Assembly: GCA_963664435.2 (NCBI GenBank)
Contig: CAXXKM010000002.1
Location: 96,001 to 160,000 of the forward strand
DNA: 64,000 nucleotides
Reading direction: 5' to 3'
From: Longimicrobiales bacterium
GTDB lineage: Bacteria; Gemmatimonadota; Gemmatimonadetes; Longimicrobiales; Gaopeijiaceae
Part shown: in pieces, positions 28,292 through 36,798 of the stretch
Layout of the letters: the number at the start of each line of letters is the position of its first letter
How positions within the stretch are numbered: the stretch's first letter is position 1
Notes under the pieces: model-generated
What the model was told of the DNA's origin: nothing
The model's database searches: none
The model's input: only the letters and a program-made list of their open reading frames with translations
Translations under genes and position numbers: made by a program

Positions 28292-29514
28292 AGACTCGAT
28301 TCCTACCACCACCCCGATTCTTCCCAGTGTTCCTGAGCGTGGTCGCGCTTGGGTTCGCGGCGGGCGCTTGTGACGGTCCGCGCAACAACGAAACGGTGCA
28401 TCCGTTGCCCGGTCGGATTCCCGGCGGCGAGTGGGCCACGCCGATCACGCGCGATAGCGTTCCGGCGGACATGACACCCGAACGACTGGCGAAGTGGACC
28501 GCCGCGCGCGACGCGATCCGCAACGCAGGTGTATTGGTCGAGATCGGCGCCGCAGGGATGGATGACGCTGAACATTCGGATCCCTCGGTCTTCGGAAGCG
28601 TCGCCGATGTAGCGGTCGACACAGCCGGTCTTGTCTACGTTCTCGACGAGCAAGCGCAAGAGGTGCGGGCATTCGATTTCCTCGGCCGCTTCGTCCACAA
28701 ATTCGGCGGGTTCGGAGACGGACCATCTGAACTTCGGCACGCGATCGGCATCGAACTGCTCGGCGATGGGCGGATATTGGTCGCGTCGCGCGACCAGCGC
28801 GTCAAGATGTTCGCGCCCACCGAGCACGGATGGAGCGCGACCCAGACGATTGAAGCCCCGGTCGGCCCCCGCGCGGTCTGCTCGATGCGCGATGGGCGAG
28901 TCTTCATCAACGGCTACCGCCAGGATGCAAACACGCTCGTCCATCAACTGCGACTTGGAGCCGACTCGGTTGCGCCAGCCTTCGGCGAAGGCTACCGGGA
29001 CGAGAACTGGCTCATACAGATGTCGCTCGCCGAGGGCGCTTTGGCCTGCGCGAACGGTGGACACGGCGTGGTGGTGCTTGGCCATCGCGCCATTCCGCTG
29101 ATCCGGGCCTTCGACTCGCTTGACGGCTCGCTCGTGTGGGCCTCGAAGCTCGAATCGTTTTCGGGGCTGCCCGTCTACCAAGGGGTCAACGAGAGAGGAC
29201 GAAACTACGTTCGCAAGGGACGCCCGGCTGAATGGGATGTCCTGGGCTCGGTTCACCCCGTTGCAGAAGGCCACCTGCTGGTTCAGGTAGGCCACGCCAG
29301 CATGGTTCGACGGACAGTTGCCATCGAGAGTTACCTGCTGGACTCCGAGTCCGGTGCCGGAGCCTTTCTCGGCGATGAGGTGCCGAGGGCCATTCCCTTC
29401 GAGGGAGGATATGTCGCGCTGTACGAGGATCCGTACCCCCGGATCGAGGTGCGGACCTTCGGTGATTCCCAATTGATCAGGATGGCCTCCGCGCCGAAGG
29501 GGGTGACGCAATGA
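28288..29514 (+). CDS. 6-bladed beta-propeller lipoprotein
   Basis: Lipobox AAGAC; DVAVD...VYVLD...FGGFGDGPSEL NHL-like repeats; ATGA overlap. Confidence 0.8.
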   Translation: MKTRFLPPPRFFPVFLSVVALGFAAGACDGPRNNETVHPLPGRIPGGEWATPITRDSVPADMTPERLAKWTAARDAIRNAGVLVEIGAAGMDDAEHSDPSVFGSVADVAVDTAGLVYVLDEQAQEVRAFDFLGRFVHKFGGFGDGPSELRHAIGIELLGDGRILVASRDQRVKMFAPTEHGWSATQTIEAPVGPRAVCSMRDGRVFINGYRQDANTLVHQLRLGADSVAPAFGEGYRDENWLIQMSLAEGALACANGGHGVVVLGHRAIPLIRAFDSLDGSLVWASKLESFSGLPVYQGVNERGRNYVRKGRPAEWDVLGSVHPVAEGHLLVQVGHASMVRRTVAIESYLLDSESGAGAFLGDEVPRAIPFEGGYVALYEDPYPRIEVRTFGDSQLIRMASAPKGVTQ

Positions 29515-30146
29515 GTCGCAAGACAAGGACATGGATCGCCGGTGCGGTGTTCACGGTGGGATCGGTTGCGGGGGTCGCTCTTGCCACTCTGGGTCTGATA
29601 CCCACGGTGGACATCGAGCTTGCCGTGCCAGCGCGCGAAGCGCGGGAATACCGGCCCGGCAGCGTAGCCGCAATTGGCGTTGAAGACGAGATCGTGCTCG
29701 TGTTTCTCGGATCGTCGTCGTGTGGTTGGTCGAATCTACCCGAGGTATCGCGCGCGGTGAGAGATGCGAAGATCCTCGTCGCCGGACACGCTCGGGACGG
29801 CGGGATGCGTTTTTCCGCTCTGGGAATCGCTCTGGACGTGGACGCCTCGCGCGGCTGGGCGCATCTTCGCAAGGCGGGCTTGTTCGATGAGGTTGCGGCA
29901 GGCATGGGTTGGGCCAACAGCGGAGCCGAAAAGTATGTCTTCGGTACCTTGGCTGGCCCGGCGTCGACGCCGCAGCTACTTGTCGTCCAACGCTCTCTGC
30001 GCACCGGCCCAGGGGGACGCCCGGAGGCGGAATCCGAGCGGGTCTTGGTGAGGAGGACCGGCTCGAACGCAATCTTGAGTTGGGTGTCGCAGGGAGCCGC
30101 ATACGAGGGCCGCCCCAGCGAAGTGCGGGCTGTCGGCGGGATGTGA
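29511..30146 (+). CDS. Membrane-anchored thioredoxin-like protein (CxxS)
   Basis: N-terminal TM helix; IVLVFLGSSSCGWS; STPQLLVV cis-Pro-like loop. Confidence 0.55.
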   Translation: MSRKTRTWIAGAVFTVGSVAGVALATLGLIPTVDIELAVPAREAREYRPGSVAAIGVEDEIVLVFLGSSSCGWSNLPEVSRAVRDAKILVAGHARDGGMRFSALGIALDVDASRGWAHLRKAGLFDEVAAGMGWANSGAEKYVFGTLAGPASTPQLLVVQRSLRTGPGGRPEAESERVLVRRTGSNAILSWVSQGAAYEGRPSEVRAVGGM

Positions 30147-30288
30147 TCCCATGGGACTCGTGAGATCGAATCAGCGGAGACGCGGCGATGGAAGGCGGGA
30201 TCGCCGGCCGACCCGGCGTCCTCCGGCAGTCCTCTCGCTTCAGATCCTCGGGTGTGGCATGCTGCCGATTGGATTGCTACAATGCGTC

Positions 30289-31302
30289 ATGCTCGCGGAC
30301 AACCTGCTCCGAGAAGTCCTCAACGCGTCGCCGGACGCCATCCTGGTCGTCGATGACACTGGCGTGATCCGGGATGTCAACGCGCGCGCTACGACCATGT
30401 TCGAATGGGATCGCGATGAGTTGGTCGGGGTGAGTATCGATCTCCTGGTGCCCTTCCAACACCGTGCTCGCCACGCGGATCTCAGGGCGGAATACGCGCT
30501 CCGACCCCGTGCTCGGCCAATGGGACACGGCTTGCTCCTGCATGGGGAACGAAGAGACGGCGGTCAGTTCCCGGTGGAAATCGCTCTCACGCCCTGGCAA
30601 CCCGCCGGTGATGAACCGATGGTTGTCTGCACGGTTCGAGACCTGTCCCGATTTGACCGTTGGCGCAGCATGTCCATGGCGAGGGTGGAGGCTGCGGAAG
30701 CGGAGCGGACGCGAATCGCTGCCGAGTTGCACGACGACATCGTCCAACGGATGGTCTTCATCAAGCACCGCTTCACGACCTTGCAGAACACGGCGGGCTT
30801 GTCGGCAGACGACGACCGTCTGCTGGAGCTGAGCTCAGCGATTGATCATACCATCGCGTCAATTGAGCGGATCTGCCGAGGTCTGACACCGCTGGAACTC
30901 AAGCATTTCGGACTGAGCTTCGCGTTGAGGATACTGTTTCGCGAGTATTCCGAAGCCGGGTTCGCGGTTCACGGTAACCTCATGGATGTTGGGCGGGACT
31001 TGGACCCGGCGAAGGCACTTGCCCTGTTTCGGATCGTCCAAGAGTCACTCTCCAATGCGCGCGAGCATTCGGGAGCCGACGAAGCTCTCGTCACCATGAC
31101 CCGCGATTCCGACTGGATCGAAGTCGAAGTGAGGGACGATGGTGTCGGTTTCGACACGGCCGCTGTCGCCTCGTCGGGGAGCGGCATCGGCCTCCTCGGG
31201 ATGAGTGAACGGGCCGCCATGATCGGCGGCGTCTTCGAGGTGCGCAGCATCCGCGGCGATGGCACTAGTGTTGTGCCGCTAAAGCGGTGTTGGCACGGTT
31301 GA
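30289..31302 (+). CDS. Cytoplasmic PAS sensor histidine kinase (HisKA_3), C-terminus truncated by IS630
   Basis: PAS (SPDAILVVD...FPVEIAL), RIAAELHDD, QESLSNAREH, DDGVGF, GIGLLGMSER; native tail lies at 32417-32473. Confidence 0.88.
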   Translation: MLADNLLREVLNASPDAILVVDDTGVIRDVNARATTMFEWDRDELVGVSIDLLVPFQHRARHADLRAEYALRPRARPMGHGLLLHGERRDGGQFPVEIALTPWQPAGDEPMVVCTVRDLSRFDRWRSMSMARVEAAEAERTRIAAELHDDIVQRMVFIKHRFTTLQNTAGLSADDDRLLELSSAIDHTIASIERICRGLTPLELKHFGLSFALRILFREYSEAGFAVHGNLMDVGRDLDPAKALALFRIVQESLSNAREHSGADEALVTMTRDSDWIEVEVRDDGVGFDTAAVASSGSGIGLLGMSERAAMIGGVFEVRSIRGDGTSVVPLKRCWHG

Positions 31303-32358
31303 CCTTAGCCAGGATGTCGCGAACGGTGGCGGTCCAGACGAAGGGTTTCGGGGCGCGGTTCCTGTGGTCGATGTAGGACGTGATCGCGTGGACGAGCTGG
31401 CCGACGCTGTGGACGGCGAGGCGTTTGAGCTGGCGCTGCGTGAGTTCGGAGAAGAAGCGCTCGACGAGATTGAGCCACGAGGACGAGGTGGGCACGAAGT
31501 GGAAGTGGACTCGGGGGTGCCGGTCCAGCCAGTCCTTCACTCGGGCATGCTTGTGGGTGGCGTAGTTGTCGAGGATGAAGTGCAGGTCGAGTAGTGCAGG
31601 TCGAGTTCCGGGTCGCATTGTTTTTCGACGGTGCGCAGGAAGCGGAGGAACTCCTGGTGCCGGTGACGGGGCAGACACTGGTGGATGACCTCTCCGGTGG
31701 CGACGTCCAGCGCCGCGAACAGCGTCGTGGTCCCGTGGCGCTTGTAGTCGTGCGTCATGGTGCCCGCCCGTCCCTTCTTGAGCGGCAACCCCGGCTGGGT
31801 CCGGTCCAGGGCCTGGATCTGGCTCTTCTCGTCGAAGGAGAAGACGATCGCCCGCTCCGGCGGCGCCACGTAGAGCCCCACCACGTCGCGGAGCTTCTCG
31901 ACGAAGCGGGGATCGGTGGAGAGCTTGAAGTAGCGCACCCTGTGGGGCTTCAGTCCGTGGGCGTTCCAGATCCGCCCCACCTGGCTGTGATGCAGCCCCA
32001 TGCCCTCGGCCATCAGGCGGGTGCTCCAGTGCGTCCCCCGCGGCGGTTTCTCCTCGAGCGTGCGGCGCACGACCTCGGCCTCGACTTCGGGCGTGATCGT
32101 ACTTCGCGGCCGACCGGGGCGGGACCGATCCTCAAGTCCCGCGAGCCCCTCTTCGTCGTACCGGTCCAGCCATCTTTGCACGGTCGGCAGCGAGACGCCG
32201 ATCTCGCGGGCCAGCGTCCGGCCCGGCAAACCTCCGGCCGAACCCAGTATGATCCGGGCGCGCTCCACGCGCCGCTGCGGGGTCGTGCGGGCTCGAACCC
32301 ATCCCTCGAGCTCCTTGCGGTCCCCGGGTCGCAATCGAATCCTTCGCAGAGCAGGCAT
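31265..32358 (-). pseudogene. IS630 transposase, frameshifted
   Basis: DEKSQIQALDR, HDYKRHGT, DNYATHK and WLNLVE motifs split across two frames by a 14-bp tandem duplication at 31579-31606. Confidence 0.9.
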
Positions 32359-32418
32359 GCATGGAAGATAGCGGCTTCTCCATGCGTTAACCCTGCCACT
32401 TATGCGACACTACACTAG
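31265..32418 (-). mobile_element. IS630-family insertion sequence (~1.15 kb)
   Basis: CTAG at both ends; imperfect terminal inverted repeats CTAGTGTTGTGCCGCTAAAG and CTAGTGTAGTGTCGCATAAG (reverse complement). Confidence 0.93.
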
Positions 32419-32469
32419 GATACGATTTCGCGTTCCGGTTGCCGAGCGGGCTACGGCAGAGGAAGACCT

Positions 32470-33123
32470 GTGAGCTGGGACACGAAGGTGCTCATTGTTG
32501 ACGACCATGAGATGGTTCGGGCGGGTCTTCGGGCGATCATCGAGAGTACCGGTCGAATGCAGGTGGTTGGCGAGGCGGCCGATGGCGAAGAGGCAATTCG
32601 ATTGGCACAGAGGCTCGATCCCGACGTGATCCTGATGGACATCGACATGCCTCGCTTGGACGGTATCGAGGCGACTCGGCGGATTAGCGCGCTGGACCTT
32701 GGCACAGGGATCCTGATCCTCACCAGGCACGACCACGAGGAGTACCTTGAACCCATCATGTCGGCGGGCGCGATGGGGTTCATTAGGAAGAGCCGGGGGC
32801 CTGAAGACTTGATCCGAGCCGTAGATCTGATCGCCGCCGGACGGACAACGATGCCACGCGAGGCAACCCAGCTTTACATGCGGAGACGGCAGGAATTCGA
32901 CGCTCAGCCGGAATCCCCGCTGACCTCCCTGAGCGATCAGGAACGCGAAATCCTGAGACTCACCGCCAGAGGTTTCACAGCGAGCCAGATCGCCGACAAA
33001 CTGTCCCTGGCGCGAAAGACCATCGAGAACTATCGCGCCCGCCTGAAGGAAAAACTCAAACTGCGCGACCGGTCGGATTGGGTCGACTTGGCACTCAAGT
33101 CGGGTTTGCTGCTGAAAGACTAG
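32470..33123 (+). CDS. NarL/LuxR-family response regulator
   Basis: VDDHEMVRAG, DIDMP, LSDQEREIL...IADKLSLARKTIENYR. Confidence 0.93.
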   Translation: MSWDTKVLIVDDHEMVRAGLRAIIESTGRMQVVGEAADGEEAIRLAQRLDPDVILMDIDMPRLDGIEATRRISALDLGTGILILTRHDHEEYLEPIMSAGAMGFIRKSRGPEDLIRAVDLIAAGRTTMPREATQLYMRRRQEFDAQPESPLTSLSDQEREILRLTARGFTASQIADKLSLARKTIENYRARLKEKLKLRDRSDWVDLALKSGLLLKD

Positions 33124-33332
33124 AACAGCGGGGGCCACCTCAACGGCCGGAGCCTTCACGACAGTAGGGCCAGCAACGGCTCGATGCGACTGCAGAGTCC
33201 CGCTAATTGACTGCGACTTCGCCGCTGTTTCTGTACGGTGGAATCAGGAATGGGTTAGCGTCAAGGGTGGCAGATCGTGCAGTCCGAGTTGAACTTACGT
33301 GATTCCTTGCCGTGATTCGGTTCCCCGTGAAT

Positions 33333-33509
33333 CTGCCGCTTCGCGCGAGCCCAATCGCGATGTCCAAGCGACCGGGTGAGCCTTCGCCCGTTCTCTCGCC
33401 ACTCTATCTGGTAGAGGCCGGTTTTCCGGTCGGGGAACACCCTGACCCGGTTCCGGCCCCATTCACCGGCGCCGTAGGAGCGCCGACTTCGTTTCGTGCG
33501 TGCCATCAT
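33333..33509 (-). pseudogene. Outer-element integrase, N-terminal 59 codons
   Basis: MMARTKRSRRSYGAGEWGRNR...DWARAKRQ, near-identical to the inner integrase N-terminus; homology ends at the 11-bp repeat. Confidence 0.92.
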
Positions 33510-33939
33510 TCGATTCCTCTCGGTGATGGACCGCACGATCTGCGCGAACGAAAGGTCGCGGAGAGAAAGCTCCTCCGCCAGTCGTGCCCGGACCGATGCG
33601 TTACCTTTCCGGGGGAGGTGCGTATATGCGCGACCCGCCCCCGCCGAGGGCGCGATCACGACTGGTTGGGTGGTTGCGGTCGCCGTCGTGGGGGTGAGCG
33701 GCCGCTCGGTGGGTCGAGACTCTGCCCCGCGTTTGCGGGGTTTCCGTGGAGCCAGATGTGTTTTTGTTTCACGAAAACCTCTGGCCGGGGGTATCCCCCG
33801 GACCCCCGCAACGACGTTCCGCGCGCCACCAAGGGGAGGCCGCCCGGACATGGTTCGTCCCCGGAAACCCGAGGCCGAGCGCAGGACCCGCACGATCGGC
33901 GTGCGCGAGGAGCATGCCTACATGCGCTTGAGACTTTGA

Positions 33940-34225
33940 CTTCTGATCGGCCGGCCGGTGGCGTACCGCGCGTGCACATCGACATCGGGGTGCATGTGCA
34001 CGGAATCACCGAGTCCATGTGCGCGGGCAAGGACTCCGTATGTGGCTGCCCGCGTTGCGGTTGCACCACGGCCGCACGAACGGCGGTGCCGTTCCAGAGT
34101 GTGCGGCCGTGGCGGGAGTGACCCCGGTGTTCGGCATGCCTCACACGCCACGGCGATGGTTGGGATGTGCACGCCATCCCACCCCCGCCTCGGGGTCACT
34201 CCCGGCCATCAATCCTTGCAGGAAG
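33940..34225. repeat. Structured non-coding repeat A, copy 2 (outer element)
   Basis: Colinear with 22600-22880; perfect 13-bp helix 34114-34126 / 34191-34203. Confidence 0.85.
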
Positions 34226-34264
34226 GCAGACTGCGACGCCTTAAGGACTCGGCCACGTCGACGG

Positions 34265-35308
34265 TCATCCCCAGCATTCGTTCAACGCCTGTTCAGCGCC
34301 GATGGACGGGATCCCCGGAACCGGCTCGTCGGTGACCAGGGTTACGCCCGTGTCGTGGAAATCCAGGCCGGGCGTGTTCTCAGGCCTTGCGCCCGTTGTC
34401 AGGAACTCTACAACGGCTTCGATTCCTAGGGAGGCCATTCTCAGTGGATACTGCATCGACGTGGCCCCGATCTCGCCAGCCGCCACGTTCCGGACACCTT
34501 CGCAGCCACCGTCGATGGTGAGGATGAGAACATCGTCCTGCACGCCCAGCCCCCGGAGCGCCGCGGAGGCTCCGGCGGCGGCCGGTTCATTGATCGCGTA
34601 CACCACGTTGATCGCCGGATCATCCCGCATCAGGCGTTCCATGGCGGCTCGCCCGCCTTCCTCGGTGCCCATGGTGGGGGCGCTCCCCACGATGCGGGGG
34701 TCGTCTTCGTCGTACATCCTGTTCGGGTCCTTGATGTCGATGCCGAAGCCGTCGAGGAAGCCTTGGTTGCGCAGGACCTCGACCGTGACCTGCGTCCCCG
34801 CGCCGTCCAGCGTAGCGATCCTCGCGTCGGCGGCGGAAGCACCCAGCCGGCCCCGAGCCCACATGCCGATCAACTCCCCGGCCCGGAAGTTGTCGGTGGC
34901 GAACGTTCCGTCCACCGCGTCCGCCGGATCGAAGGGCGTGTCGAGCGCGATGACGAGCACGCCGGCCCGCCGCGTCCGATCGACCGCGTCCAGCAGCGCC
35001 ACGGGATCCGACGGCGTGATCAGAATCCCCCTCGCGTCCGCGGCCAGGAGATTCTCGATGGCCCGAACCTGAGTGTCCGTGTCCCCGTCGAATCTCCCGG
35101 CGAAGGCGCGCAGTTCGACGCCGAGTACACCGGCGCGCTCGATTGCGCCCTCCCTCATCGTCACGAAGAACGGATTGTCCTCGGTCTTGGTGATCAGGCC
35201 GACAACCGGTTCCGCCTCGCCGGGTCCCGTGACGCATCCGGCAACGAGCGACACGAGCAGTCCGCAGATCAATCGCGCCCCTCCGAGCAAGCCCTTTGTG
35301 GATTCCAT
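34265..35308 (-). CDS. Sugar ABC transporter substrate-binding lipoprotein (FrcB/RbsB-like)
   Basis: Lipobox LVAGC; LITKTEDNPFFV, TDNFRAGELIG, NEPAAAG, IDGGCEG. Confidence 0.88.
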   Translation of the reverse strand: MESTKGLLGGARLICGLLVSLVAGCVTGPGEAEPVVGLITKTEDNPFFVTMREGAIERAGVLGVELRAFAGRFDGDTDTQVRAIENLLAADARGILITPSDPVALLDAVDRTRRAGVLVIALDTPFDPADAVDGTFATDNFRAGELIGMWARGRLGASAADARIATLDGAGTQVTVEVLRNQGFLDGFGIDIKDPNRMYDEDDPRIVGSAPTMGTEEGGRAAMERLMRDDPAINVVYAINEPAAAGASAALRGLGVQDDVLILTIDGGCEGVRNVAAGEIGATSMQYPLRMASLGIEAVVEFLTTGARPENTPGLDFHDTGVTLVTDEPVPGIPSIGAEQALNECWG

Positions 35309-35623
35309 TCGGTTCTCACGATTAGGGACAACAGCTTCGCGGCCCTGGCGGCCTGAGGAGGGCGAACAGCTCTCGGAGCTGCCCGTCCGCAAGCACCACG
35401 AATCATGGCCCGGAAGTCGAGAATCGGGAAGCGCCGCGACTCGCCGACCGGCTCGCGGAGTTCGCATGGAACGCCGGGACGGGTCGCTACCCGCTCCCTC
35501 GCGGATACTGCTTGTCAACGAAGCCGAGTGCGGCGAGCATTCCTGGCGGGTGGTAGCGACAGGGACCCGGCCGGAGGGAATGGCCACCTCCGGAGCACGT
35601 GAACCGGCGGAAGGAGCATCGAG

Positions 35624-36079
35624 ATGCGAAAGCTGCTGCTGGCTTGTCTGGCTCTGGTGCCTTCGCAGGTTCAGGCGCAGGAAACGGACGAGGCACGGGA
35701 AGTGCCGAGCCGTTTCGTTCTCGAAGCCGGGATCGTCGGCGGCAACAGCGTCGCGTGTCCCGGACACTACGTCGGCGTCAGCGGGCGCGTCGCCGGGCCG
35801 GTGTCGCTGTACGGGATGGTGGAGCACTACCGGTGCGCCGACTTGGCCGGGTCCGCCAACCGGATCGGCGCGTCGGTCCTCCTCGGGCGTTCCGGTTGGG
35901 TCGTTCGCCCGGCGTTGCGCGCGGGCATCGAGTACGACGGCGGAGGCGTTTCGCCGACCGCCGGTGCGAGCCTGACGTTCGGACGGCGCTACGGAGCGCG
36001 CTTCATCCTCCACGTCGGAGACGGGTCCGACGATACCAACATCGTGCTCTTCCAAATGGGCGGTTACATTTCGTTCTGA
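35624..36079 (+). CDS. Small outer-membrane beta-barrel-like protein
   Basis: Signal peptide ending VQA-Q, alternating beta strands, C-terminal YISF. Confidence 0.65.
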   Translation: MRKLLLACLALVPSQVQAQETDEAREVPSRFVLEAGIVGGNSVACPGHYVGVSGRVAGPVSLYGMVEHYRCADLAGSANRIGASVLLGRSGWVVRPALRAGIEYDGGGVSPTAGASLTFGRRYGARFILHVGDGSDDTNIVLFQMGGYISF

Positions 36080-36153
36080 GCCCCGATTGACGTTCCCGGC
36101 GGCGACGGGTTCGGTGCTCGAGTGCAGACAAGCACCGGGACGGGGGCTGTACT

Positions 36154-36410
36154 GCCTTCCCGCAGGGATCGCTGGTTCGGTAGCGACCCGTAAGGGGTCG
36201 GGGAAGGGGTGCGCAAACACACCTGCCCCCGAACCCGTAGCAGGCCCTCGGACTGCCGGGTCGCTACGGTCACGCCTTGAGCGGCCAGTGCGCCACGGGC
36301 GCACGGGCGGCGAGGCCGAAAAGCGTTGCCGCGCCAGCGGATAAGCGGGAAGGCCGGTGCGTAGCGCCGGATCGCCAAGGTGCGCATTGACCCCCCATGT
36401 CGTTTGCGCG
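36154..36410. repeat. Non-coding repeat B, copy 2 (outer element)
   Basis: Colinear with 21784-22040. Confidence 0.8.
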
Positions 36411-36798
36411 TTTCAGTACGGCTCTAGAGGCGGGAGCGCCAAAAAAACCCCGGCGAACCGTTGCGTTCGCCGCTGGCCCACCGGGGATCCGGCCCTTGCG
36501 GACGAAGCCGCCTCGTATCCTTACGCCGTCTGCCCCGCCCGGGTTTCGGAGTATGCGGCCATCCGAGCCGCTGGCGGGGCTGGCCCCGGCGACCCGGATC
36601 ATGCTTTCAAGGGCCGACCTCCGGTGTCTTCGGCGACCGCTGCGGACAGATCAGCTTGGCGATAGAAGAGGGGAGGGCGTGAGCCGCGCGACTGACGTTC
36701 CGCGAGCGACTTGCATGGCGCGGACGGAGCCTGCCATTGTCCTTCCCTTGCCATTGTCCTTCCCTCGCTCGCCTTCCCGGAGGAGATTTCGAGGCAGC

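Larger units (their letters stand above)
16654..33343. mobile_element. Inner sibling integrative element (~16.7 kb) inserted in the outer integrase gene
   Basis: CTGCCGCTTCG at 16654-16664 and 33333-33343; removal restores a 387-aa integrase. Confidence 0.9.

Noticed and set aside
24587..30146. Classical RiPP cluster
   Set aside because: No radical SAM, YcaO, lanthipeptide synthetase or peptidase-ABC exporter; the leader looks like a Sec signal.
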